Part shown: in pieces, positions 1 to 12,560 of the stretch
How positions within the stretch are numbered: position 1 is the first letter of the stretch
Layout of the letters: each line of letters opens with the position of its first letter
Source: Phyllobates terribilis
Taxonomy: Eukaryota
Assembly (NCBI RefSeq): GCF_046119375.1
Contig: NW_027362770.1
Location: forward strand, 172,112,001-172,176,000
Length of the DNA: 64,000 nt
Reading direction: 5' to 3'
Notes under the pieces: generated by a model
What the model was told of the DNA's origin: nothing
Databases searched by the model: none
What the model saw: the letters and a program-made list of their open reading frames with translations, nothing else
Translations under genes and position numbers: made by a program

Positions 1-20
1 ATTTTTATAATCCCCTGCCA

Positions 21-69
21 AGTAGGATACAATGATTGACATGTGATTATATCTCTAATATTCTTCACA
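21..69 (-). repeat. Truncated 3' LTR remnant
   Basis: 49 nt with 4 mismatches to 5273-5321, directly after the PPT. Bases 1-20 do not match the 5' LTR. Confidence 0.8.
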
Positions 70-89
70 CCTCCCCCCTTTAGAGGGCG

Positions 90-1493
90 CTAGAGGGCAG
101 CCCCTCCCGGTGTTCCCCCGCGCGCCCGTCCGCAACTTCCCCTTGTCGGGATAAACCGTCGGCATTACCATGGTCGCGGCCCTTCTTGTGGCGAATGGCG
201 AAGTGGTACTGCTGGAGCGCGAGGCTCCAGTGTAGAAACCTTCCATTCGCTCTGGATGCGTGTAATCAGCTGAGGGGGTTATGGTCTGTTTCCACAGTGA
301 ATTGGTGTCCCTACAAGTATGGCTGCAGATGCTGCAGGGCCCACACAATTGCCAGACATTTCTTCTCCATTGTGGAGTAGGCCACCTCCCTCGGCAGGAG
401 CTTCCGGCTCAGGTACAAATTGGTGTTCATGGCTCGTAGTGTCAACCTGGCTGAGCACAGCACCGATGCCAAAGTCACTGGCGTCGATCTGCACTACAAA
501 CGGCCGTGTAAAGTCGGTTGCCTGTAGTACCAGGGAGCTAGAAAGGGAGGTCTTCAGTGCCTGGAAGGCCATCTCAGAGTTGTTTGTCCAATTGACTGCG
601 GAGGGCTGTGGACCGTCAGGGGCTTCACCAGGCTACTATAGTGAGGGACGAACCTCCTATAGTATCCGGCGGTGCCCAGGAAGGACATCACCTGTTTCTT
701 GGTCCTGGGGATGGGCCAGGATGCAATGGTATCCACCTTCCCGGGCTCTGGCTTTAGAGCTCCCCCACCTACCCGGTGTCCCACTCATACCCAGCTGACA
801 CTTTTCTGGCTTAATGGTCAAGCCTGCCTGTTGCATCCACCAGAGCACCTGCACCAGATGCTCCAGGTGATCCACCCTGGTGGGGCTGAAGATGGCAATG
901 TCATCCAGGTACACGGCCGCGTACCTTACGAGTCCCTAGAGCAGCATGTTGACCATCCGCTGAAAAGTGGCAGGGGCATTCTTCATGCCGAACGGCATCA
1001 CAGTGGACTCGTACAGTCCGAATGGGGTGATAAAGGAAGAGCGCTCCCGGGCCTCGGGGGTCAGGGGAATCTGCCATTATCCCCGGCTCAGATCCATGAT
1101 GGTGAGGTACTTGGCCCCGGCCAACTGATCGAGCAGGTCACTGATGCGCGGCATTGGGTACGCATCGGTGACCATGACAGCATTGAGCCTCCTGTAGTCC
1201 ACGCAGAACCGAGTTGTCCGGTCCTTCTTTGGGACAGGTGAGGCCCAAGCGCTGCTGGATGGTTGGATGACCCCGAGCTTCTGCATCTCTTCAGTCTCCT
1301 GGTGCATTTGCTGCTGTACCTCTAGGGAGACCCGATACGCTGAATGCCGCATTAGAGGGTGATCCCCGGTGTCCACCTGATGGACAGCCGAGTCTGTCTT
1401 TCTGGGCTTGTTGCTGAACAAATCCCGGAAGGGGTGTAGGGTTGCCCACAGATGGGACCATTGGTCTGACAACAGCTGGTGGCAAACCTCCAC
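90..1493 (-). pseudogene. Reverse transcriptase and RNase H remnant
   Basis: SAWASPVPKKDRTTRFCVDYRRLN...YPMPRI; YLDDIAIFS; FLGTAGYYRRFVPHYS; FVVQIDASDFGIGAVLSQ. Multiple frameshifts. Confidence 0.92.
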
Positions 1494-1516
1494 CAGCTGG
1501 TCCCACCCACCCTAGC

Positions 1517-2743
1517 CTAGGCGAGCATGTCTGGTCGGGTCTCTACCTCTCCCTCCTCTGGCAGGTTGTATACGGGGAGGGCGCAGGCCTCCCGCTCATG
1601 ATGGGTCTTCATCATGTTTACATGGAAGGCCTTCCACCTTCCCCGGGCGTGGTCAAGGGTGACCAGGTACGTTACGGCGTTGAGCTGCTGGTGCACGAGG
1701 TATGGGCCTTCCCAGGCCGCCTGAAGTTTGTCCTGGGGTACGCGGACCAGTACCCACAACTTTTGACCCACCTGGTAGGTCCTCTCACAAGCATTCTGGC
1801 CATACCATCGCTTCTGATCGGCCTGGGCTCGCGTCATAGTATCGTGCACCAGCTGCGCCAAGGCCTGCATTTTGTGACGGAAGCGCATGACATATTCGTT
1901 GACCAACACTCCAGGGGTGGCCAAGTTCCATTCCCAGACCTCCTTCACCAGAGCCAGGGGGCCACATGCACGTCAGCCGTACAGGAGCTCAAAAGGGGGA
2001 GAACCCCGTTGAGGCCTGTGGAACCTCCCGGTAGGCAAATAGCAGGTGTGGGAGCTCCAAGTCGCACCCGTGTGAGTCGACCAACATCTTAAGCATCTGG
2101 TTCAGGGTGCCATTGAACCGTTTGCACAGGTCGTTGGTCTGTGGGTGGTACGGGCTGGTCACCAGATGTTGCACCTGTATTTGGATACAGAGGGACTCCA
2201 TCAGCTGCGACATAAACTGGGCCCCCGGTCGGTGAGCATTTCCTGGGGAAAACCCACTTGGGAGAAAATCTCCAGTAAGGCAGTGGTCACCTTGTCATCC
2301 CGAATGGATGACAAGGCTACCGCTTCCTGGTACCGAGTGGCATAGTCTACCACTGTCAGTATCAAGCGTTTCCCGAAGCTGCTGGGAAAGGCCATCAGGC
2401 CAATCAAGTCCACAGCCACCTTCCTGAAAGGCTCTTCAATGATGGGCAGTGTTACCAGTGGGGCTTTGGGGCCCCGCCCTGCCTTCCCCAGCCTCTGACA
2501 GGTGTCACACGACAGGCAGTAGGCAGTCGCCTCAGCCCCCATCTTTGGCCAGTAGAAATGCTGTGCTAGCCTGGCCTTGGTCTTAGTGATCCCTAGATGT
2601 CCGGCCATCGGAATCTTGTGCTCCATCCGCAAAAACTCTGCCCTGAACGGATAGGGTACCACTAACTGTCGGTCCCTGGGCCACACCTCCGGTGAACCTT
2701 GCTGGACCGTTACCCGGTACAGCCATCCTTGGTCCCAGACCAC
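1517..2743 (-). pseudogene. Integrase remnant (H2C2 zinc-binding, core, C-terminal)
   Basis: HKIPMAGHLGITKT...HFYWP...CLSCDTCQ; VAVDLIG; TVVDYATRY; LTDRG; SPYHPQTNDLCKRFNGTL; STGFSPF; WEGPY. Split over ORFs 2201..2743, 1989..2213 and 1517..1948. Confidence 0.92.
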
Positions 2744-3472
2744 CTACTCAAGGTCTGAGTCCGAGGGAGGCCGTGCCACCTGCTCCTTAAGAGCTTTCAG
2801 GCTCTCTTCAGTCTCCAACGCCACCTCAAACCCCTGACTGGACGTGGCCAGAATAGACGAGACTGCCACATCTTCTGTCAGTTCCCCGGGACCTGTCTCC
2901 TGGCCTCCGTCTGACTCGGCAGCCACTTGGTTGGAAGGGGAGAAGCCGTCGGACTCCCGAGGGGACACTGGGGCTCGGGTACCACCACTGCACGTGACAG
3001 CGGCCACGGCTGCTGCGACCGCTGGTAGCGCCCGCATCTCCTCTGCTTCTGACCAAATCACCGGTCTAAACGGACTACCCGGGCCCTCTGACATCCTGGT
3101 TGTGGAGGAACTCTGCCATGCGGCCTTACCTGGGAGCTCTACCTTTCCTGGGACTGCCCCGCCCTCCATGGTATGCTCCCCCTCCGCAGCTGTCTGCCCC
3201 CTGTCTGTCCCCTCTGTGACAACCTCACAGGACAAACTGTTTCAGCATGCCAGCTGGCCACACTCTAAGACCTTATCATAGCTGACTTGATTGATCTCCT
3301 CCCCCCTGAGGGGAGAGAGACTCAGTACATAACCCACCCCCGCATCCCCATCAGTAGGCATGTTAATTACATTGACATCAACAGGGGTGGACATGACGTT
3401 GTCTTAAGGGTCAGGCCTTGGGAGTACAGTGGCCACATAGTGGGACACTAGCCTCCCCAAGTCTCTCCCAAG

Positions 3473-3700
3473 CTAAACACTCGCAGGAATATTCGGACTT
3501 ACCCCCACCTCCCGCACTCCCCTCCTGGCGCCCCAGTCCAAATACACCTTGGCGACGGACAGCGCCGACTCAACGCCTCCAATCCCAGAGACGGCGAAAG
3601 TTTTCCCAGGTATTAAATCCTGGGGCGACACCAGCTCAAGTCGCACAAGAGTCATCTCAGCGCCGATATCTTTTAGTTCCATGGCCCTGGCATGGCCTAT
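3473..3700 (-). pseudogene. Retroviral-type aspartic protease remnant
   Basis: ELKDIGAEMTLVRLELV (degenerate D-S/T-G motif) and REVGVSPNIP within ORF 3473..3808. Confidence 0.75.
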
Positions 3701-3847
3701 GGTGATGGTCTGAAGGTTGTCAAGGGACCTCCCACCACCCCCACTCACACACAAAACAGTGGACGGTTTCTGGGATGGGGACGGACCCTTCTGGCAATGG
3801 GGACTCATGGCTTTGAAGTGGCCCAGCTGTCTGCAAAGGTGACACAG

Positions 3848-4836
3848 TCAGGGTTGCCCTACCGGCATGGAGAGGAAAGCATGGGAAGGTGCCCCCTTGG
3901 ACTTGGGGGCAGGGACAGCAGGCAACGCGTTTGTCTTACTCCCTCTCCAGCCGGCAAGTTTCTTGGCCTCTGGAGTCCTGTTGTTGGAGTACTCATCGGC
4001 AAGTTTCGCTGTTGCAGAGGCCCCCTTTGGCTTCCGGTCAAGGAGGTACTGTTGGAGGTCCTCCAGGCAGTTCCACAGAAACTGCTCAGTCGCGATGAGC
4101 TCCTTCAGCTGCTGGAAGGTGGTGAGCTCCATTCCTGTGGTCCATTGGTCAACTGCTCTCAGTGATCGACCCAACTGTCTCCAGGCCCCCTCTGATACTC
4201 CGGAACTTCTTCTGGAATTCTGGAACGTCTCAGGGGTCAAGTTGTACTGCCGGACCAGAGCCTGCTTTATGTCCTCATAGCTCAGGGTGGTCTCACTGGG
4301 CAGGTACCCAAAGATTTCCAGACCTTTATCCCTGAGGCGAGGGGTTAAGAAACGGACCCATTGGTCCTCAGGCAGATGGTACTGATGGCAGGTTTTTTCA
4401 AATGCCAGTAAGAAAGTGTCCAAGTCCCCTCCTTTGTCCAGCAGAGGGAAGTCCTTCGCCCGTAGCTTCGGGACCCGGATCTCAGGGGACAAGCGACTGG
4501 CTGGGGTCTGCTGCTGGAGTAGGAGCTGAAGTATTTGTTGCTGGTGCTCGCGCTCCCGCTGACGTTCCGCCATGAGGGTATCGTAGGTGGCCTTGTCCCA
4601 AGCCTTGAGACTTGCCAGGGCAGCTTGCATGATTGCATGAGGTCATCTGAGCTTGCCTGGCTGGGAGGATGGGCAGGTGGTGGATGGCTCACTGTGGGAC
4701 CATCCGCCAGCGACTGTCTCCTTGGGGAGCCTGGACTGGACTCCTTCTCTCCTAGAGTGACATCGTCTTCCACCTCCTCCCCACAATCCGTAGCATTGGC
4801 CACTTCCTTGGTTCTGTCCCTGGTGCCACTGCCCAT
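3848..4836 (-). pseudogene. Retrotransposon gag with SCAN-like capsid segment (frameshifted)
   Basis: ORF 3848..4630 contains DLDTFLLAFEKTC and LIATEQFLWNCLEDLQQYLLDRKP...LADEY, typical of Gypsy gag/SCAN. The N-terminal part is probably in ORF 4345..4836. Confidence 0.8.
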
Positions 4837-5038
4837 CCTTGCACTCTATGGTCACTGACACAGAACTGCAACCTGAAGCACCCACACACCTTACAGTATT
4901 TGCACTCGGACTGTCTAGTGCTGAGCTGATCTTAAGACTCCAGCAGCAAAAGCTACTACTGCCAGTCTTTAGTGTATGTGAGTATGCGTTCTACACTCAT
5001 ACACGCTATTATCTCGATCGCATCGTGCTACCACCACA

Positions 5039-5321
5039 TGTGAAGAATCCCCACCTCGCCACCCGCCTGACATCAATATTACGTCAGATGGATCACGTGA
5101 TACGGATCCGCACTTTGCACCAACGTGACGTTCCGCACCCCCTCGGGGACACCTAAGGTCAGATTGGTACAGATTGGTACAGTTGTACACAGACACCCCC
5201 TGTTCACACGGGTTCAGGAAGGTACCAGGAGTGAGAAGAGGTGGCCCACTCAGTCACTGACATTGCACCACAAATAGGATACAATGATTAACATGGGATT
5301 ATATCTCCAATATTCTTCACA
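5039..5321 (-). repeat. 5' LTR (283 bp) of the Gmr1-like element
   Basis: 10-bp terminal inverted repeats TGTGAAGAAT/ATTCTTCACA, TG...CA ends and an adjacent PBS. Confidence 0.88.
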
Positions 5322-6306
5322 ATGGGTTTTCATGTACAGCTGCATGATCCGGTCATCAGCCAGTGTGTTTAAATGCAATCATCAAGTATCAAGTTAAATG
5401 GAAAGAAAGGTCACAATTGATAGGTTATGGCTCGTTGGCTGACTTTCCTGTGAATGTATAACAGGGCATTTTGGCGATAAGCTTGGTTCTAAGAGTTAGG
5501 TGCCTTTCTGATTGTTAAAACAAATATTAAAGCTGTGACCGACCTTCCCCCATCAAGTTGTGTCTGTTCCCTATTTTATTATTATACAGTAGTGATGGGC
5601 AGCGTCGGACTGCTAAAGACTTACCAGTAACCAACTCCAGGGTCCCACTGGAAATGTGACATTATCCTCAATCACAAATTTATATAACAATGAACTGGGT
5701 AGATTGTTAAATGAATAAGATGCTGTCTTCGTCTGTATATAGTGATTTAAGAATATTGAGCTAAGTACTGCTCATATAAGAGGGTGGCGGCCCACTCTTG
5801 CACAGGGGCCACCGGAGGATTCTCCTGTTCTCCTGTGGCCCAGTCCAAGCCTGGTGGTGGAAAGGAAAGCGCCTTGGTGCATTACATGGGGGGGTCTCTG
5901 CAGTCTTGTAGGCATTGCACTATATAAAGAAAGTGCCTCTGACTGCAGTGCCCTACCGCATTGCCGTGTTCTGGGATATTGTCGGTGCCTTCCTTCCCAC
6001 CCCTATAGTCAGGGAGGTTTTAATATGTTCCCCTGTTTGACCAATAGCAAGTCTATCTGGCTAGTACAGCCCCTTCCCGTTGGTTTAAGAGATGGCACGG
6101 AGCCAGTCTCCTCCTATTCTCCTGTTCGGGTCCTGGAGGTGGTCTCTCCTTTTATATGATCGTTATTAAATCTGTTATTTTTCCTAGATTTGCAAGTCAC
6201 AGCGGCAGTTAAATGGAAAGAAAGGTCACAACTGATATGTTACGGCTCGTTGGCTGACTTTCCTGTGAATGCACAACAGGGCATTTGGCGATGAGTGTGG
6301 TTCTAA

Positions 6307-7173
6307 GGGTATGTGCACACGATGCAGAAATGCTCAGGATTTTTTCCTGAGCGTTTCTGCATCTCTCTGGCAGGAAAAAATGCATGCGGATTGTACATGC
6401 GGTTTCCTGCCAGGGACATGCGGAAATGAAGCGGTCTTCACTTTCATTTCCGCATGCGGGTTGACAAGCGCTTCCCAAGCGATTTTAGCATCACTTGGAA
6501 AGTGCTTGTCAACTTCACACTATATAAATCCATGCAGCCGGCATGGATTTATATAGTGTGTGAATGTCAAAAAATAAAAAATAAATATATACTTTACCCT
6601 CTGATGGCCCCCGGTGTCCTGCTTCGCTCGGTCCCGGCTGCCGGCAGTGAAGACTTTAGGACCTTCCGACGTCAGCGTCACGTGACCCGTCACATGACTC
6701 TGACGTCAGCGAAGATCCTTCTTCATTCAACCGCGAAGTGCCCGGGAAGCCAGCAGGACGCAGCGCGGGCCGTCAGAAGGTGAGTATATATATATTTTTT
6801 ATTTTATTCTTTTTTATTTAATGGTACCTGGGTCTGGATGAGAGTCCTCTCCTCCACACCCGGGTACCATCCGCACATTAGACCGCATGAAAAGCGCATC
6901 AACATATACAGTGATGCGGATTCCATGCGGTCTAATGCAAGGCAATGGCGGCAAAAGAGCAGCGTTTCCGCAAAATTAATTGACATGCTGCGGATTTTTG
7001 ACCGCAGCGTTTACGCTGCGGAAAAATCCGCATCATGGGCACAGCACATGCGGATTTCAATTGGGGAACATTGCTGCCCTTCTACCATGCGTTTTTCATG
7101 CGTTTCCGCGGCGTTTACGCAACTGCAAAAACGCCGCGGAAACGCATGAAAAACGCATCGTGTGAACTCAGCC
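6307..7173. mobile_element. Non-autonomous TIR element (PIF/Harbinger-type MITE)
   Basis: Imperfect TIRs GGGTATGTGCACACG / CGTGTGAACTCAGCC with TAA on both sides. A paralogous empty site (GGTTCTAAGAGTTA) lies near 5484-5497. Confidence 0.8.
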
Positions 7174-7852
7174 TAAGAGTTAAAGGGAACCTGTACGCAC
7201 AGTCAGTAAAGCTGTGGAACTACATACAGCTTCACTGCGCACACGCGGGGAGCTGCGGCTGGCCAATACACCCTGCGCAAGCGTGGGATTTAAACAATGA
7301 AAATCAACCTACAATAGGTTGATAAAGACCTACAATAGGTTGAAACATTGTTGCTTTATGGTGGAATAAAATTATACCGTTGGAATTCATCACCCTGGAT
7401 TGGATGCTGTTCACTCTTTTGCATGGTGAAAAAAAACAGTATTGTCCCCCAGGTTGTTTTATCCCCCCAAAAAATCACTTTTCACTGTTTTTTTAACCTT
7501 TCGTCTGACTTTCTGTTCACTTCCTGTTGTTAGCTATAATCCATCTACAACAGCAGAAACGTCAGGAATCATTAAAGAAAGTGGCAGGGAGTCTTTGTCT
7601 CTTTCGCTATTTCTGTTACTAGGTTTTTGTTACTCTGAGAGCAGCATGATGCCAGGGCAGAGACCCTGATACCAGCAATGTATCACTTACTTTACTGGGT
7701 CCTGCAGTTTTGATTAAAAACTGTTTTTTTCTGCTGCAGATCTACCAGTTCTCTGAATTCTGGAACACCCCTAAAGCGGCATTGCAACATCTCGTATATA
7801 GATATAAATGAAAGTTTCAGGGACAGTTCAAAATTACAAAGTAAAACCCTAA

Positions 7853-8065
7853 GGCCACGGCCCCACTATCAGTATTTGGTCAGTATTCGGTCAGTATTTT
7901 TTCTCAGGATTGGGAGCCAAAACCAGGAGTGGGTGATAAATGCAGAATTGGTGACTTGTTTTTATTATACCTTTTCTCTGATTGTTCCTCACCTGGTTTT
8001 GTCTCCGACTCCTGAGAAAAAATACTGACCGAATACTGACCAAATACTGATAGTGGGCCATGGCC
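7853..8065. mobile_element. Palindromic MITE, copy 1 (Harbinger-type, TAA TSD)
   Basis: Long TIRs GGCCACGGCCCCACTATCAGTATTTGGTCAGTATT...; TAA at 7850-7852 and 8066-8068. Confidence 0.85.
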
Positions 8066-8680
8066 TAAGGTCCTCATTCACATTAGTTAAAAATCAACTG
8101 AGGTTGTCGTTTTCGGTAAGATAGCCTGACCACCTAATATTTATGGAGGCCTCCTGACAGATGATTAAGTGATATTAGGGAGATAAGGATCAGCCAGTAT
8201 GAATTTGAACGCTTATCAAATGTAAATGCCATAAATCCCCCCAAAAATGCAATAAAATAAACAACTGGCCATATGAACCCCAAAATGACATCAATAAAAA
8301 CATCAGCTTGCCATGGAAAATACAAACCCTCACACAGGTTTTGGCATGTCTCATTATTTCGGGTTGCTGATCCTTTTACTCCCAATGAAAAAAGCCGCCA
8401 TTAAAGGAGGCTTTCTTATAAGGAACACAGAAGCACTAATCAGACTGAGCGCTCCTGTGTATGGAGGAGTCAGGAGAGACTGAATCATTGTTCAGCTGAC
8501 AGCTATCTATTGTGTATGGGGCTCCTAAGGGTGTGTTCACACTGAGGTTTTTTTGTTAAGTTTTTGGAGCAGAAACTCTCCAAAAAACACAAAGGAGTTC
8601 AAAAACTACAAGTTTTGATTGCAGAGTTGGAGAGTTTCTGCTCCAAAAACTCAGCCAAAAAAATCTAAGTTTAAACATAA

Positions 8681-9739
8681 CGTGGCGCCCCTGCGGGTCC
8701 AGTCGTCACAGAGGTACTGCATCTCAGCCAGAAGTGTGGTAACCCACTCTTGGGTAAGGGGGGAGCACTACCCGGGACCCACACACCCACATCCAACACC
8801 ACATCACTCCAGTAGGGAAGGGCGAGATTGTTCCTAAGGCAGAGCACAGTCCCTGTCCCTGTCTGGAGGAGGGAACTAGGTAGAGGAGGTGGGTGGAGGA
8901 AGTAATTTAGGGGAGCACACAAGGAAGGACTAAAGGTAGAGGGGACCACGTAGAGTGACAGTTAGTGACGTGGGTCACATGACAGACAGTATAGAAAGAC
9001 AGGTAGAAACATCTAGAAGGGCTCAGTGAGTGAGGACCGTTGAGGAGTAGGGTCCAGACAGAGTGAGGGCTCAGTCAGAGGGGCCCAGTAGGAGAGAGAA
9101 CGAGAGGAGCGAGGGAGTCAGAGAAAGGTTCCAGAGACAGAGAAGGGATCCTAGGGGCATGGGAAGTACGGAGTTCACCCGTGCGCCCGAATTCATGCCG
9201 ACTGTAGTCGGGAGAATGGATCAGGTCGCAGTAGAGGACCGGCCCCAGACTAGTGGAGGACTGCAAGACTCAGCTAGCAAACCGGAGGCTGCGGTATCTC
9301 TAAGTGCCGTAGCCAAAATCATACACATTCGCTGAAAAGGTGGCCATTTAGGACCAAGGGGACAGAGAGGACGTCGCCCGACAAGGCCCGCGGCCACTGG
9401 CTCGGGACACTGTGTGTGAGGCACAGGGCAGGAGGGCGAGAGCCAGCGCAGAGAGAGACGACCCGGGAAAGGTTCACAAGAAGGGGGTCCCGATCAAGTG
9501 CACCCAAGTTATCTGAGAGTTGGATCACTTCCCCGGAGGACACAGGACTCGGTGGGCTGTTATAACCTGCTGGCAGTTGTAACCTGGAACATCATAAGGA
9601 CACGAAACTTTATCCCCAAAACTTTATTCCCCTCCGTTATTCACCGACCGGGGCTACGGACCGGGTCACGCCACCATGACTATCCAAAAGAATCGACCGG
9701 CCCAGCGCCGAGTACTCCACGGCTCCAGGGGGCGCGTCA
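8681..9739. mobile_element. Probable solo LTR (~1.06 kb)
   Basis: Ends CGTGGCGCCCC...GGGGCGCGTCA (imperfect inverted TG...CA type), flanked by ATAA on both sides (4-bp TSD). No coding domains; GC-richer than flanks. Confidence 0.7.
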
Positions 9740-10918
9740 ATAACCTAAGGGTATGCTCACACAGAGTATTTGATGAGGATTTTGAAGCATCAAAAACTCA
9801 CATTAAAGGCGCTTTAAATACTCTTTCTGTTGATTTCAATGGATAAACCACTTCGTTGTTTATGCAACAAGTATTTTTGACCATATTTTTCCGACACTTC
9901 ATCATGGAATAAAAGAAGTGATATTCCTAAGTAGAATCTGCTCATAACTCGACATTATCAAGTGGAGAAGCTGCAAATTATTCACATGTTTCTGCTGAGG
10001 ATTGGTTACAACTGAATTGTAGTTTTGCTGCTTTTTTTCCTGCTATGGCAGTGGCCCTCACTATTGTTGGGACACCGGCACTCCGCTGTGGGGACTGGTG
10101 GCAGGCAGTGAATGGAGTCTGCAGGGAGGTACACTACAGTGGAGTGCTCGGTGATGTCCTCCCTGGATGGTGACCTAAGATCAAGGAAATTCACACCAAC
10201 TGGGAAAGAACCCTTAAGCCTGTTGTAACCTGCATTTTCTCCTACGTTCAGTGTCCCTGTCGGAGCTTACGTTCGAACCCTCCACAAAACGGTATTTGGG
10301 CATATGCACTGACAGGGCCATTGACTATAATGGTGCAGCCGGAGTCACCGAGCGCTCTGACGTGCATCATTTTCGGCCGTGCATGCCTACTGGAGGCGGA
10401 AATCAAGACGTAGACTACTACGTCTAGCTGTCCACCTCCAGTTGACGTATACGGCCAAAAATTATGCACGACAGAGCGCACGGCAACTCCGTCTGCACCA
10501 TTACAGTCAATGGCCCTGTCGGCGCATGCACCCGAATCCCATTTTGCGAGGGGTTCACACGTAAGCCCCGAAAGTGCCACTGAACTTGGGAGAAAACGCA
10601 GTGTGAAAAGGGTCTAAAAAATAAAAATTAAAAACGAAATACATATGCAGAAGACCTGATATAGGTTGTGTCTGCCTAAGAAGACTAATACTGCTGTCTT
10701 GTATCTGAGGAGAGAGCACAGTCCACCAGGAAGAGCCAATGCATTTTTCACCTAGCGTTTCACCTCCTCGAGGCAGGGGGTAAACCCACAGTCCTGTGTA
10801 CCCCCAATGCTATTAATGAGAATTTTTTTTCCATTTTTTTATCATTTACATATCTATCCATCCTGTGATTTCCATCATTCGATTACTTTTCTTTCTTGGT
10901 GCTGCAATATACTGTATA

Positions 10919-10966
<48 letters not shown>

Positions 10967-11500
10967 CTCACTTTATTCCAATTAAAGAAAAAATAAAGAA
11001 ACTTAACAACTTGCTGTTACCATACTGATCTGGAGAATCATGCTGCCATGTCATTTTTACCTCACAATGAATGCCGTAAAAGGACGAGCCTGTCCATACC
11101 GGTATTGGAGCTAGCATCCAATCAGAAGCTGTGATGTTACTAATGTTATCACCTGTTACTAGGCAGAATAGGGAGTCGAGTTAGTCAGGTGAAAACAGGA
11201 CACGTCAGTCAGGACTCCAGTCAGGGACACTTGTGACACAATCTATAGCAACAATTCTAATTGCCCCTTTCCCCAGAATATGTAAATATATATATATATA
11301 CACACACACACATATACAGTATATTTGGCGGAGTCAAATCTCCCAACTTATATAAACCAAAAGTAGGACATGTATTGTAGCACGTCCACAGTAATTATGC
11401 CCCTATTGAAGCCCCTTAGTGTTCTCACCAGTGATATCCCTTTTACTAACTTTATAGAGTGTGATGCTTCCAAAAATGCCCCCACCCACATACACACTAA

Positions 11501-11714
11501 GGCCACGGCCCCACTATCAGTATTCGGTCTGTATTCGGTCAGTATTTTTTCTCAGGAGTGGGAGCCAAAACCAGGAGTGAGTGATAAATGCAGAATTGAT
11601 GACTTGTTTCTTCTATACCTTTTCTCTGATTGTTCCTCACCTGGTTTTGGCTCCCACTCCTGAGAAAAAATACTGACCATATACTGACCAAATACTGATA
11701 GTGGGGCCGTGGCC
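11501..11714. mobile_element. Palindromic MITE, copy 2
   Basis: Near-identical to 7853-8065; TAA TSD at 11498-11500 and 11715-11717. Confidence 0.88.
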
Positions 11715-11729
11715 TAAGTTTAGTACCCA

Positions 11730-12560
11730 CACAGCGACTCCTCCTCTCCCCCACACAGTTTTACACCACACATACAGTTTAAAACACGATGACTACACAG
11801 CGCCTTCAGCAAAGTATGATATCTCCATAATGCCACCAACACAGTATAATACCCCTGCAGCATACAGCATGATGCCTCTAAAGTGCCCCGCTATATTATA
11901 ATATCCCTAGTCTCTGGCCCACACACACACGATATCATGACCCTGACACAGTCTGATAGCCCCCTCAGCCCCCTACTAAGTATGAGGGCCCCTACAGCCC
12001 GCTACTCAGTATAAGGGCCCCCACAACCCATCGCACAGTATGAGAACTCCAGAGAATGAGGGCCACCACTGCCACCCACTCTGTATGATGGTTCCCACAG
12101 TCCTCCACTCAGTATCATGGCCCCCACAGTCTCTCACACAGTATAATGGCCCCCACAACTCTCCACTCAGTATGATATTCCTCACAGCCCACCACTCAGC
12201 ATAAGGATGGCCACAGTCTCTCACACATTATTAGGGCCACCACTGCCCCCACACAGAATGACAACCACCACAGTCCCCAACTCAGTTTTGGGGCCCTCAC
12301 AGTTCCCAACTCAATATGGGGGCCCTCACACACATTTCCCATTCAGTATAATGGTCCCCACCAGCCCCTCACTCAGTATTATGGCCATCGCCAAACCCCC
12401 ATTCAGTATGATGGTCCCCACCGGCCAACAATTCACTATGATTGGTCCCACCTGTCCCCCATTCAGTATGATGGCTCCCACCAAAACTAATACAGTATGA
12501 TTAGCCCCCACCAGCCACCCATTCAATATGATTGACCCCCACCAGACCCCCAACTCTCGG
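11730..12560. repeat. Degenerate C-rich minisatellite
   Basis: Recurring CCCCCAC...TCAGTATGATGG units of roughly 35-40 bp. Confidence 0.6.

Larger units (their letters stand above)
21..5321 (-). mobile_element. Degenerate Gmr1-like Ty3/Gypsy LTR retrotransposon (gag-PR-INT-RT-RNaseH)
   Basis: The 5' LTR at 5039-5321 has TGTGAAGAAT...ATTCTTCACA ends. A PBS-like TGGTGGTAGC follows at ~5027-5036 and a polypurine tract lies at 70-81. The 3' LTR remnant at 21-69 matches 5273-5321 at 45/49 nt. Minus-strand ORF fragments encode gag, protease, integrase, RT and RNase H, broken by frameshifts and stops. Confidence 0.93.

Noticed and set aside
6189-6292. Possible terminal exon (LQVTAAVKWKERSQLICYGSLADFPVNAQQGIWR*) after an acceptor-like TTTTCCTAG
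   Set aside because: No homology recognised, and the paralogous copy near 5400 has a stop in the same frame; not supportable without transcript data.
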